Below are positions 51,221-61,976 of a DNA stretch of 64,000 nucleotides, piece by piece (the stretch's first letter is position 1; each line of letters opens with the position of its first letter). The translations under genes and the position numbers were made by a program. The DNA comes from Escherichia coli (lineage in GTDB: Bacteria; Pseudomonadota; Gammaproteobacteria; Enterobacterales; Enterobacteriaceae), in the NCBI RefSeq assembly GCF_003991155.1, contig NZ_CP031295.1; one strand, 5' to 3'. The notes under the pieces are model-generated. The model saw nothing but the letters and a program-made list of their open reading frames with translations, made no database searches and had not been told where the DNA came from.

Positions 51221-51366
51221 CCGAAATAAATATGAAAACACTGAGCGGTTGTGCAAATTCTTTGTGCGACCGTGAAGTGTTGCCGGCGAAGCCGGAATTT
51301 AACGGTTATTAATCTTTTCATCATTAATAATCAGTCCGACTGACTTTCTTTCTTCAGAATATCATC

Positions 51367-53507
51367 ATGAGTTTTAACGCAAAGGATATGACCCAGGGCG
51401 GTCAGATTGCGTCCATGCGTATCCGCATGTTCAGTCAGATCGCCAATATCATACTTTACTGCCTGTTTATTTTTTTCTGGATCCTAGTTGGTCTGGTTTT
51501 ATGGGTAAAAATAAGCTGGCAGACGTTTGTGAATGGCTGCATTTACTGGTGGTGCACCACGCTGGAAGGCATGCGGGATTTAATCAGGTCCCAGCCGGTC
51601 TATGAGATCCAGTATTACGGCAAAACCTTCCGGATGAACGCGGCTCAGGTACTGCATGATAAATATATGATCTGGTGCGGAGAGCAGCTATGGTCCGCAT
51701 TCGTTCTGGCCACAGTTGTGGCACTGGTTATTGCCTGATTACCTTCTTTGTTGTCTCACGGATTCTGGGGCGTCAGGGTAAACAACAGAGCGAAAATGAA
51801 GTCACAGGTGGTCGTCAGCTGACAGACAATCCGAAAGACGTTGCCCGGATGCTGAAAAAGACGGCAAGGACTCCGATATACGGATTGGCGACCTGCCGAT
51901 TATCCGGGATTCCGAAATCAGAACTTCTGTCTGCACGGCACGGTCGGGGCCGGTAAGTCGGAAGTTATCCGTCGTCTGGCCAACTACGCCCGTCAGCGTG
52001 GAGATATGGTGGTGATTTATGACCGTTCAGGGAATTTGTTAAAAGTTACTATGATCCCTCCATCGATAAAATCCTGAATCCGCTGGATGCCCGCTGTGCC
52101 GCACGGGATTTGTGGAAGAGTGCCTGACACAGCCAGATTTTGATAATACCGCAAATACTCTGATCCCGATGGGGACAAAAGAGGACCCGTTCTGGCAGGG
52201 TTCAGGACGTACCATTTTTGCGGAAGCGGCATACCTGATGCGTAATGACCCCAACCGCAGCTACAGCAAACTGGTGGACACACTGCTTTCCATCAAAATT
52301 GAAAAGCTGCGTACCTTCCTGCGTAATTCACCGGCGGCCAACCTGGTGGAAGAGAAAATCGAGAAAACGGCCATATCCATCCGTGCTGTGCTGACCAACT
52401 ACGTGAAAGCCATCCGTTACCTGCAGGGGATTGAGCATAACGGTGAGTCTTTACCATCCGTGACTGGATGCGTGGTGTCCGGAAGATCAGAAAAACGGCT
52501 GGCTGTTTATCTCGTCGAATGCCGACACCCATGCCTCCCTGAAGCCGGTGATCTCCATGTGGCTGTCCATTGCCATTCGTGGTCTGCTGGCAATGGGAGA
52601 AAACCGTAACCGTCGTGTGTGGTTTTCTGTGATGAGCTACCCACGTTACACAAACTGCCGGACTGGTGGAGATCCTGCCGGAAGCCCGTAAGTTCGGTGG
52701 CTGTTATGTGTTTGGTATCCAGTCTATGCCCAGCTGGAAGATATCTACGGTGAAAGCGGCTGCCACGCTGTTTGACGTCATGAACACCCGTGCCTTTTTC
52801 GTTCTCCCAGCCATAAGATTGCAGAGTTCGCTGCCGGTGAGATTGGTGAGAAAGAGCACCTGAAAGCCAGCGAGCAGTATTCCTACGGTGCTGATCCGGT
52901 ACGTGACGGGGTATCGACCGGTAAGGATATGGAGCGTCAGACGCTGGTCAGTTATTCCGACATTCAGTCTCTGCCGGATCTGACCTGTTATGTCACCCTG
53001 CCCGGACCGTATCCGGCAGTAAAACTCTCCCTGAAATATCAGACACGACCGAAGGTCGCTCCGGAGTTTATTCCGCGTGACATCAACCCGGAAATGGAGA
53101 ACCGTCTGAGTGCCGTACTTGCCGCAAGGGAAGCAGAAGGTCGTCAGATGGCCAGCCTCTTCGAACCGGATGTCCCGGAGGTTGTTTCCGGAGAAGACGT
53201 GACTCAGGCTGAACAGCCGCAACAGCCGGTGTCTCCTGCCATCAACGATAAGAAGTCAGATGCAGGTGTGAATGTTCCGGCAGGGGGGATCGAGCAGGAG
53301 CTGAAAATGAAACCGGAAGAAGAGATGGAACAGCAACTGCCACCCGGGATCAGTGAATCCGGTGAAGTGGTGGATATGGCCGTTTATGAGGCATGGCAAC
53401 GGGAGCAGAATCCGGATATCCAGCAGAAGATGCAGCGTCGTGAAGAGGTGAACATCAATGTGCACCGGGAGCGCGGGGAGGATGTTGAGCCGGGAGATGA
53501 TTTCTGA
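51367..53507 (+). pseudogene. traD: traD (coupling protein) fragmented into at least five reading-frame segments
   Basis: TraD-like peptide runs in ORFs 51367-51738, 51675-51956, 52112-52609, 52666-52863 and 52929-53507, each in a different frame; Walker [12 protein letters not shown] is in yet another frame near 51935. Confidence 0.8.
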
Positions 53508-53515
53508 TGAACAGG

Positions 53516-53914
53516 TCAGCTCCAGTCTTCAATTCTCAGACCGTCCACACGTTCAAATTCCCGGGTGTTATTAGTCACAATAATCAGTCCCCGACTGCGG
53601 GCATGACCTGCGATCATTTGATCAAATGGCCCGACAGGGCGTCCCTGACGGGCAAGTTCTGCTCTTATCTGGCCGCTGTGTGTGGCTGCGGCAGCGTCGT
53701 AATCCAGAACATCAATGCGGGAAACAAATCCCTCGATCACAGCGAGATTACGTTCAGGCATCTGGCTTTTTTCTGCACCATATATCAGCTCCATCAGGGT
53801 GACCGAACTGATACACATTCTCCCCTGGTTCAGGTTAAAACGCTCCCTGACGCTGGCGGGTTTGTTCTTTATCGTGAAAATGCAGATGTTGGTATCGAGC
53901 ATAAACTTCAGCAT
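53516..53914 (-). CDS. vapC: VapC PIN-domain toxin
   Basis: MLKFMLDTNICIF PIN N-terminus; 132 aa. Confidence 0.85.
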   Translation of the reverse strand: MLKFMLDTNICIFTIKNKPASVRERFNLNQGRMCISSVTLMELIYGAEKSQMPERNLAVIEGFVSRIDVLDYDAAAATHSGQIRAELARQGRPVGPFDQMIAGHARSRGLIIVTNNTREFERVDGLRIEDWS

Positions 53915-54141
53915 CAGAATGACTCCCTTTCCTGCATGCCGGGCTGTTCCCTGTTATCCATAAAATCGGCGCTGACGTTGTGTCCGTCGAACCATTCGTC
54001 CCATGTCTCTCCGGCTGGCGTAATGATTCTGGTTCGTCCGACAGCAATCACTTCAACGCGTTTTACGTTTTCCGGCAATGCAACCGCTTTTGGCAGTCTG
54101 ACCGCCTGGCTGCGGTTGCTGAAAAATACGGTGGTTTCCAT
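53914..54141 (-). CDS. vapB: VapB antitoxin
   Basis: 75-aa ORF immediately upstream of, and coupled to, vapC. Confidence 0.8.
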   Translation of the reverse strand: METTVFFSNRSQAVRLPKAVALPENVKRVEVIAVGRTRIITPAGETWDEWFDGHNVSADFMDNREQPGMQERESF

Positions 54142-54222
54142 TATTTGCCTCCTTATGTGGATATGTCTTGTGTATATCCATTGTGGGATTGATACCGGGA
54201 TATGTCAAAGGGATATACGTTT

Positions 54223-57200
54223 ATGATGAGTATCGCGCAGGTCAGATCGGCCGGAAGTGCCGGTAACTATTATACCGACAAGGATAATTACTATGTGCTG
54301 GGCAGCATGGGAGAACGCTGGGCCGGCAGGGGGGCTGAACAGCTGGGGCTGCAGGGCAGCGTCGATAAGGATGTTTTTACCCGTCTTCTGGAGGGGAAGC
54401 TGCCGGACGGAGCGGATTTAAGCCGCATGCAGGATGGCAGTAATAAGCATCGTCCCGGCTACGACCTGACCTTCTCCGCCCCCAAAAGTGTCTCCGTGAT
54501 GGCCATGTTAGGCGGTGATAAACGTCTTATTGATGCACATAACCAGGCCGTGGATTTTGCTGTCCGTCAGGTGGAGGCGCTGGCTTCCACACGGGTTATG
54601 ACGGACGGACAGTCAGAAACGGTGCTGACCGGTAATCTGGTGATGGCACTGTTTAACCACGACACCAGTCGCGATCAGGAACCACAGTTACACACACATG
54701 CGGTAGTGGCCAATGTCACGCAGCATAACGGCGAGTGGAAGACATTGAGCAGTGACAAAGTGGGGAAAACGGGGTTCATTGAGAATGTGTACGCTAATCA
54801 GATTGCCTTCGGCAGGCTCTACCGGGAAAAACTGAAAGAGCAGGTTGAGGCGCTAGGCTATGAAACGGAAGTGGTTGGTAAGCACGGTATGTGGGAGATG
54901 CCGGGCGTACCGGTGGAGGCCTTCTCCGGACGCTCACAGGCTATCCGGGAGGCCGTCGGGGAAGACGCCTCGCTGAAATCCCGGGATGTGGCGGCACTGG
55001 ATACGCGAAAATCCAAACAGCACGTCGATCCTGAAGTCAGAATGGCTGAATGGATGCAGACGCTGAAGGAAACCGGGTTCGACATCCGGGCGTATCGTGA
55101 CGCGGCGGACCAACGGGCGGAGACCCGCACGCAGACGCCCGGACCCGCTTCACAGGACGGGCCGGATGTGCAGCAGGCGGTGACACAGGCCATTGCCGGA
55201 TTAAGTGAACGCAAAGTGCAGTTTACGTACACGGACGTGCTGGCCAGAACGGTCGGCATACTGCCGCCGGAAAATGGTGTGATTGAACGGGCACGCGCCG
55301 GTATCGATGAGGCCATCAGCCGTGAGCAGCTTATCCCCCTCGATCGTGAGAAGGGGCTGTTCACGTCCGGGATTCATGTGCTCGATGAGCTGTCAGTCCG
55401 GGCACTCAGTCGTGACATCATGAAACAGAACCGGGTGACCGTACATCCGGAGAAAAGTGTCCCCCGGACGGCCGGTTACAGCGATGCGGTCAGTGTTCTG
55501 GCACAGGATCGCCCGTCGCTGGCTATTGTGTCCGGGCAGGGCGGTGCAGCCGGGCAGCGTGAGCGGGTGGCGGAGCTGGTCATGATGGCCCGGGAGCAGG
55601 GGCGGGAGGTGCAGATTATCGCCGCTGACCGTCGCTCGCAGATGAACCTGAAGCAGGATGAACGGCTGTCCGGTGAGCTGATAACCGGACGTCGTCAGCT
55701 GCAGGAGGGCATGGCCTTCACGCCGGGCAATACTGTTATCGTTGACCAGGGCGAAAAACTCTCCCTGAAAGAGACGTTAACCCTGCTGGACGGTGCCGCA
55801 CGTCATAACGTACAGGTCCTGATAACCGACAGCGGGCAGCGAACCGGTACAGGCAGTGCACTGATGGCCATGAAAGATGCCGGGGTGAACACATATCGCT
55901 GGCAGGGGGGAGAACAGCGGCCGGCCACCATCATCAGTGAACCGGACCGTAATGTCCGCTATGCCCGGCTGGCAGGAGATTTTGCTGCCAGCGTGAAAGC
56001 CGGAGAAGAGAGCGTGGCACAGGTCAGCGGGGTACGGGAACAGGCCATACTGACACAGGCCATTCGCAGTGAGCTGAAAACACAGGGCGTGCTCGGACGC
56101 CCGGAGGTAACCATGACCGCCCTGTCGCCGGTCTGGCTGGACAGCCGGAGCCGTTATCTGCGGGATATGTACCGTCCGGGGATGGTGATGGAGCAGTGGA
56201 ACCCGGAGACACGCAGTCATGACCGCTATGTTATCGACCGGGTGACGGCGCAGAGTAACAGCCTGACCCTGCGGGATGCGCAGGATGAAACGCAGGTGGT
56301 GCGTATTTCCTCCCTGGACAGCAGCTGGTCGCTGTTCCGGCCGGAAAAAATGCCGGTGGCAGACGGCGAGCGACTGAGGGTGACAGGGAAAATTCCCGGA
56401 CTCCGCGTCTCCGGCGGTGACCGCCTGCAGGTGGCATCCGTCAGTGAAGATGCGATGACGGTTGTTGTGCCGGGGCGGGCTGAACCGGCCTCCCTGCCTG
56501 TGAGCGATTCACCATTCATGGCACTGAAGCTGGAGAACGGCTGGGTGGAAACGCCCGGGCATTCCGTCAGCGACAGTGCGAAGGTTTTTGCCTCCGTCAC
56601 ACAGATGGCAATGGACAACGCCACCCTGAACGGTCTGGCCCGCAGCGGTCGTGATGTCCGGCTGTATTCCTCACTGGATGAAACCCGTACTGCGGAAAAA
56701 CTTGCCCGCCATCCCTCCTTTACGGTGGTTTCTGAGCAGATAAAGGCGCGTGCCGGTGAGACATTGCTGGAAACCGCTATCAGTCTGCAGAAAACCGGGC
56801 TTCACACGCCGGCACAGCAGGCTATTCATCTGGCGCTTCCTGTGGTGGAAAGTAAAAACCTGGCCTTCAGCATGGTGGACCTGCTGACAGAGGCGAAGTC
56901 GTTTGCTGCAGAAGGAACCAGTTTTACTGAACTGGGAGGGGAAATCAATGCGCAGATAAAACGCGGTGATTTACTGTATGTGGATGTGGCAAAAGGCTAT
57001 GGCACAGGCCTGCTGGTTTCCCGTGCGTCGTATGAGGCAGAAAAGAGCATTCTTCGCCATATTCTCGAAGGTAAGGAGGCGGTCACGCCACTGATGGAGA
57101 GAGTACCTGGCGAACTCATGGAGAAACTGACATCAGGACAGCGTGCCGCTACCCGCATGATACTGGAAACGTCCGACCGTTTCACGGTGGTGCAGGGCTA

Positions 57201-59493
57201 TGCCGGTGTGGGTAAGACCACACAGTTCCGGGCGGTGATGTCAGCCGTGAACATGCTGCCGGAGAGTGAACGTCCCCGTGTCGTGGGGCTGGGGCCCACG
57301 CACCGTGCGGTCGGTGAGATGCGCAGCGCCGGCGTGGATGCACAGACGCTGGCGTCCTTTCTGCATGACACGCAGCTGCTGCAGCGCAGCGGAGAAACGC
57401 CGAATTTCAGCAACACGCTGTTCCTGCTCGATGAGAGCTCTATGGTGGGCAATACCGACATGGCACGGGCATACGCCCTGATTGCGGCCGGTGGCGGTCG
57501 TGCCGTGGCCAGTGGTGACACGGACCAGTTGCAGGCCATCGCGCCCGGTCAGCCTTTCCGTCTCCAGCAGACGCGCAGTGCTGCCGATGTGGTCATCATG
57601 AAGGAGATTGTGCGTCAGACGCCGGAACTGCGGGAGGCGGTATACAGCCTGATTAACCGGGATGTGGAAAGGGCACTGTCCGGGCTTGAGAGTGTGAAAC
57701 CGTCTCAGGTTCCCCGTCAGGAGGGCGCATGGGCACCGGAGCACTCCGTGACGGAGTTCAGTCACAGCCAGGAAGCGAAACTGGCAGAAGCGCAGCAGAA
57801 GGCGATGCTGAAAGGCGAGGCTTTCCCGGATATCCCCATGACACTGTATGAAGCCATTGTCCGCGACTATACCGGCAGGACACCGGAAGCACGGGAGCAG
57901 ACGCTGATTGTCACACACCTGAATGAGGACCGGCGCGTACTGAACAGCATGATTCATGATGCACGGGAAAAGGCCGGTGAGCTGGGCAAAGAGCAGGTCA
58001 TGGTGCCTGTCCTGAACACAGCGAATATACGTGACGGAGAACTGCGTCGTCTCTCCACCTGGGAGAATAACCCGGATGCCCTTGCCCTGGTGGATAGTGT
58101 GTATCACCGGATTGCCGGTATCAGCAAGGATGACGGGCTGATAACCCTGGAGGATGCGGAAGGTAACACGCGGCTGATTTCGCCCCGGGAGGCGGTGGCT
58201 GAAGGCGTCACACTGTACACCCCGGACACCATCCGGGTGGGAACCGGTGACCGGATGCGCTTCACGAAGAGTGACCGGGAGCGAGGTTATGTGGCCAACA
58301 GCGTCTGGACGGTGACAGCGGTTTCCGGTGACAGTGTCACGCTGTCGGACGGACAGCAGATCCGGGTGATTCGCCCAGGTCAGGAGCGGGCAGAGCAACA
58401 TATTGACCTGGCTTATGCCATCACCGCCCACGGTGCGCAGGGGGCAAGTGAAACCTTTGCCATCGCGCTTGAAGGCACGGAAGGTAACCGGAAACTGATG
58501 GCCGGCTTTGAGTCAGCCTACGTGGCCCTGTCGCGTATGAAGCAGCATGTGCAGGTGTACACCGATAACCGTCAGGGCTGGACGGATGCCATCAACAATG
58601 CCGTACAGAAAGGAACTGCCCACGATGTGCTAGAGCCGAAATCGGACCGGGAGGTCATGAATGCAGAGCGGCTGTTCAGTACGGCGCGGGAGCTGCGGGA
58701 CGTGGTGGCCGGCCGTGCCGTTCTCCGTCAGGCAGGGCTGGCCGGGGGAGACAGTCCTGCACGGTTTATTGCACCCGGGCGCAAATATCCGCAGCCGTAT
58801 GTGGCACTGCCGGCTTTTGACCGTAACGGCAAGTCAGCTGGTATCTGGCTGAACCCGCTGACCACGGATGACGGAAACGGGCTGCGGGGCTTCAGTGGTG
58901 AAGGCCGGGTGAAAGGCAGCGGGGATGCGCAGTTCGTGGCCCTGCAGGGCAGCCGTAACGGAGAGAGCCTGCTGGCTGATAATATGCAGGATGGTGTCCG
59001 GATTGCCCGTGATAATCCTGACAGCGGTGTGGTGGTAAGAATCGCCGGTGAAGGTCGTCCGTGGAATCCCAGAACCATCACCGGTGGTCGCGTGTGGGGG
59101 GATATCCCGGACAACAGCGTTCAGCCGGGAGCCGGAAATGGCGAACCGGTCACGGCAGAGGTACTGGCACAGCGGCAGGCTGAAGAGGCCATCCGCCGTG
59201 AAACGGAACGCCGTGCGGATGAAATTGTCCGTAAAATGGCAGAGAACAAACCTGACCTGCCGGACGGCAAAACAGAGCAGGCTGTCAGGGATATTGCCGG
59301 GCTGGAGCGTGACCGGTCTGCCATATCTGAACGGGAAGCCGCGCTGCCGGAGAGTGTACTGCGTGAACCACAACGGGTGCGGGAAGCGGTCCGGGAGGTT
59401 GCCCGGGAAAATCTGCTGCAGGAGCGACTGCAGCAGATGGAGCGGGATATGGTTCGTGACCTGCAGAAAGAGAAAACCCTGGGCGGAGACTGA
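54223..59493 (+). CDS. traI: TraI relaxase-helicase
   Basis: MMSIAQVRSAGSAGNYYTDKDNYYVLGSMGERWAG relaxase N-terminus; helicase Walker A GYAGVGKTT; about 1756 aa. Confidence 0.95.
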   Translation: MMSIAQVRSAGSAGNYYTDKDNYYVLGSMGERWAGRGAEQLGLQGSVDKDVFTRLLEGKLPDGADLSRMQDGSNKHRPGYDLTFSAPKSVSVMAMLGGDKRLIDAHNQAVDFAVRQVEALASTRVMTDGQSETVLTGNLVMALFNHDTSRDQEPQLHTHAVVANVTQHNGEWKTLSSDKVGKTGFIENVYANQIAFGRLYREKLKEQVEALGYETEVVGKHGMWEMPGVPVEAFSGRSQAIREAVGEDASLKSRDVAALDTRKSKQHVDPEVRMAEWMQTLKETGFDIRAYRDAADQRAETRTQTPGPASQDGPDVQQAVTQAIAGLSERKVQFTYTDVLARTVGILPPENGVIERARAGIDEAISREQLIPLDREKGLFTSGIHVLDELSVRALSRDIMKQNRVTVHPEKSVPRTAGYSDAVSVLAQDRPSLAIVSGQGGAAGQRERVAELVMMAREQGREVQIIAADRRSQMNLKQDERLSGELITGRRQLQEGMAFTPGNTVIVDQGEKLSLKETLTLLDGAARHNVQVLITDSGQRTGTGSALMAMKDAGVNTYRWQGGEQRPATIISEPDRNVRYARLAGDFAASVKAGEESVAQVSGVREQAILTQAIRSELKTQGVLGRPEVTMTALSPVWLDSRSRYLRDMYRPGMVMEQWNPETRSHDRYVIDRVTAQSNSLTLRDAQDETQVVRISSLDSSWSLFRPEKMPVADGERLRVTGKIPGLRVSGGDRLQVASVSEDAMTVVVPGRAEPASLPVSDSPFMALKLENGWVETPGHSVSDSAKVFASVTQMAMDNATLNGLARSGRDVRLYSSLDETRTAEKLARHPSFTVVSEQIKARAGETLLETAISLQKTGLHTPAQQAIHLALPVVESKNLAFSMVDLLTEAKSFAAEGTSFTELGGEINAQIKRGDLLYVDVAKGYGTGLLVSRASYEAEKSILRHILEGKEAVTPLMERVPGELMEKLTSGQRAATRMILETSDRFTVVQGYAGVGKTTQFRAVMSAVNMLPESERPRVVGLGPTHRAVGEMRSAGVDAQTLASFLHDTQLLQRSGETPNFSNTLFLLDESSMVGNTDMARAYALIAAGGGRAVASGDTDQLQAIAPGQPFRLQQTRSAADVVIMKEIVRQTPELREAVYSLINRDVERALSGLESVKPSQVPRQEGAWAPEHSVTEFSHSQEAKLAEAQQKAMLKGEAFPDIPMTLYEAIVRDYTGRTPEAREQTLIVTHLNEDRRVLNSMIHDAREKAGELGKEQVMVPVLNTANIRDGELRRLSTWENNPDALALVDSVYHRIAGISKDDGLITLEDAEGNTRLISPREAVAEGVTLYTPDTIRVGTGDRMRFTKSDRERGYVANSVWTVTAVSGDSVTLSDGQQIRVIRPGQERAEQHIDLAYAITAHGAQGASETFAIALEGTEGNRKLMAGFESAYVALSRMKQHVQVYTDNRQGWTDAINNAVQKGTAHDVLEPKSDREVMNAERLFSTARELRDVVAGRAVLRQAGLAGGDSPARFIAPGRKYPQPYVALPAFDRNGKSAGIWLNPLTTDDGNGLRGFSGEGRVKGSGDAQFVALQGSRNGESLLADNMQDGVRIARDNPDSGVVVRIAGEGRPWNPRTITGGRVWGDIPDNSVQPGAGNGEPVTAEVLAQRQAEEAIRRETERRADEIVRKMAENKPDLPDGKTEQAVRDIAGLERDRSAISEREAALPESVLREPQRVREAVREVARENLLQERLQQMERDMVRDLQKEKTLGGD

Positions 59494-59512
59494 CACAGGA
59501 AGATAAACGCTG

Positions 59513-60259
59513 ATGACAACGGATAACACGAACACAACACGTAATGATTCACTGGCTGCCCGGACCGATACCTGGTTGCAGTCGTTGCTGGTCTGGTCAC
59601 CCGGACAGCGGGATATCATCAAAACGGTGGCACTGGTGCTGATGGTTCTGGACCATGCAAACCGCATTCTGCATCTGGACCAGTCGTGGATGTTTCTGGT
59701 CGGGCGTGGGGCCTTTCCGCTGTTTGCCCTGGTGTGGGGGCTGAATCTGTCCCGTCATACGCATATCCGGCAGGAGGCCATTAACCGGCTGTGGGGATGG
59801 GCGGTGATTGCCCAGTTCGCATATTATCTGGCCGGCTTTCCTTGGTATGAGGGGAATATCCTGTTTGCCTTTGCAGTTGCGGCACAGGTGCTGACATGGT
59901 GTGAAACGCGCACCTGGTGGCGTTCCGCAGAGACCATGTTGCTTCTGGCAATGTGGTTGCCTTTCTCCGGCACCAGTTACGGCATTGCCGGGCTGCTGAT
60001 GCTGGCAGTCAGCCACAGGCTGTACCGGGCGGAAGACAGAATGGAACGTCTGGCGCTGGTCGCCTGCCTGCTGGCTGTTATTCCGGCGCTTAACCTTGCC
60101 ACCAGTGATGCAGCGGCGGTGGCCGGCCTTGTGATGACGGTGCTGACTGTTGGTCTGGTGTCCTGTACAGGGAAATCACTACCCCGTTTCTGGTACGGGG
60201 ATTTTTTCCCGACGTTCTATGCCTGTCATCTTACTGTGCTGGGCGTTCTGGCTGTGTGA
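59513..60259 (+). CDS. traX: TraX (pilin acetylase)
   Basis: 248-aa polytopic membrane protein after traI. Confidence 0.9.
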   Translation: MTTDNTNTTRNDSLAARTDTWLQSLLVWSPGQRDIIKTVALVLMVLDHANRILHLDQSWMFLVGRGAFPLFALVWGLNLSRHTHIRQEAINRLWGWAVIAQFAYYLAGFPWYEGNILFAFAVAAQVLTWCETRTWWRSAETMLLLAMWLPFSGTSYGIAGLLMLAVSHRLYRAEDRMERLALVACLLAVIPALNLATSDAAAVAGLVMTVLTVGLVSCTGKSLPRFWYGDFFPTFYACHLTVLGVLAV

Positions 60260-60317
60260 CTGGTATGATGCTGGCGCTGATTCTGCTTATTAATAAACAA
60301 CATAACACAGGATATTT

Positions 60318-61178
60318 ATGAAAATTACGGATCACAAACTCCCTGAAGGTATTGCCCTGACATTTCGTGTCCCGGAAGGAAATATAAAACATCCTTTGAT
60401 TCTCTTATGCCATGGATTTTGCGGTATCCGGAATGTTCTGCTGCCTTCCTTTGCGAATGCGTTTACAGAAGCCGGGTTTGCAACGATTACTTTTGATTAT
60501 CGTGGATTCGGTGAGAGTGAAGGGGAACGAGGTCGTCTGGTTCCGGCAATGCAGACCGAAGATATTATTTCAGTTATCAATTGGGCAGAAAAGCAGGTAT
60601 GTATTGATAATCAGCGTATAGGATTATGGGGAACATCGCTGGGTGGGTGTCATGTATTCAATGCAGCTGCGCAGGATAAAAGAGTGAAAAGTATTGTCAG
60701 CCAGCTGGCTTTTGCTGACGGTGAGGTTCTGGTTACCGGAGAAATGAATGAACTGGAGAAAGCTTCTTTTCTGTCCACGCTGAATAAAATGGCAGAAAAG
60801 AAGAAAAATACCGGGAAAGAGATGTTTGTGGGGGTTACCCGGGTACTGAGTGATAATGAATCAAAGGTATTCTTCGAGAAGGTAAAAGGTCAGTATCCTG
60901 AAATGGATATAAAAATACCTTTCCTTACGGTTATGGAGACGTTGCAATATAAACCGGCAGAGAGCGCAGCCAAAGTACAGTGCCCAGTTTTGGTTGTTAT
61001 TGCCGGCCAGGATAGTGTTAATCCACCAGAACAGGGAAGAGCCTTATATGATGCTGTTGCTTCTGGTACTAAGGAATTATACGAGGAAGCTGACGCATGC
61101 CATTATGATATTTATAAAGGCGCGTTTTTTGAACGTGTGGCGGCAGTACAGACGCAATGGTTTAAAAAACATCTTTAA
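60318..61178 (+). CDS. alpha/beta-fold hydrolase
   Basis: GxSxG nucleophile elbow (LWGTSLGGC) and HGFCG oxyanion-hole-like motif; 286 aa. Confidence 0.7.
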   Translation: MKITDHKLPEGIALTFRVPEGNIKHPLILLCHGFCGIRNVLLPSFANAFTEAGFATITFDYRGFGESEGERGRLVPAMQTEDIISVINWAEKQVCIDNQRIGLWGTSLGGCHVFNAAAQDKRVKSIVSQLAFADGEVLVTGEMNELEKASFLSTLNKMAEKKKNTGKEMFVGVTRVLSDNESKVFFEKVKGQYPEMDIKIPFLTVMETLQYKPAESAAKVQCPVLVVIAGQDSVNPPEQGRALYDAVASGTKELYEEADACHYDIYKGAFFERVAAVQTQWFKKHL

Positions 61179-61280
61179 TTGTCGGTATTAATATGTCAGA
61201 GGTCGTTGAGGTCAGCTTAATATCATAGTGAGTAGTTTCAACGACCTGGAGGACATATTTTCACAAAGGTCAGGGCAATC

Positions 61281-61841
61281 ATGACAGAGCAGAAACGACC
61301 GGTACTGACACTGAAACGGAAAACGGAAGGGGAAACACCGACCCGGAGCCGGAAAACCATCATCAATGTCACCACGCCACCAAAATGGAAGGTGAAAAAG
61401 CAGAAACTGGCGGAGAAGGCTGCCCGGGAAGCAGAGCTGGCGGCGAAGAAAGCACAGGCCAGACAGGCGCTGTCCATTTATCTGACGCTGCCCTCGCTGG
61501 ATGAGGCGGTGAACACTCTGAAACCTTGGTGGCCGGGATTGTTTGACGGTAACACGCCCCGGCTTCTGGCCTGCGGTATCCGGGACGTGTTACTGGAAGA
61601 CGTGGCGCAGCGGAATATCCCGCTCTCGCATAAAAAACTGCGCCGGGCGCTGAAGGCCATCACCCGTTCAGAAAGCTATCTGTGTGCCATGAAAGCCGGT
61701 GCCTGCCGGTATGACACGGAAGGGTATGTGACGGAGCATATTTCTCAGGAGGAGGAAGCGTATGCGGCAGGGCGTTTGGAGAAAATTCGCCGCCAGAACC
61801 GGACAAAGGCAGAACTTCAGGCCGTGCTTGATGGGAAATAA
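61281..61841 (+). CDS. finO: FinO fertility inhibition protein (intact)
   Basis: 186 aa, Lys-rich N-terminus; matches FinO as recalled. Confidence 0.9.
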   Translation: MTEQKRPVLTLKRKTEGETPTRSRKTIINVTTPPKWKVKKQKLAEKAAREAELAAKKAQARQALSIYLTLPSLDEAVNTLKPWWPGLFDGNTPRLLACGIRDVLLEDVAQRNIPLSHKKLRRALKAITRSESYLCAMKAGACRYDTEGYVTEHISQEEEAYAAGRLEKIRRQNRTKAELQAVLDGK

Positions 61842-61846
61842 AAAAA

Positions 61847-61875
61847 GCCTCCCCGGAAACCGGGGAGGCTGAAAC
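61847..61875 (+). terminator. rho-independent terminator after finO
   Basis: AGCCTCCCCGGAAACCGGGGAGGCT hairpin. Confidence 0.7.
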
Positions 61876-61976
61876 AATAAGGCTTAAAAGGAAATAACTT
61901 CCGTACCCGAAAGGAAGCCAGTCCACTGAATTATTTACCACAATAATACTGACGACTAAAAGGGAGGAGCAGAAAA

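Noticed and set aside
54858-59667. Large antisense ORFs within traI (for example 57241-58431, 396 aa; 58834-59667, 277 aa)
   Set aside because: traI is an uninterrupted frame of about 1756 codons with relaxase and helicase motifs; the antisense frames are GC-driven shadows.
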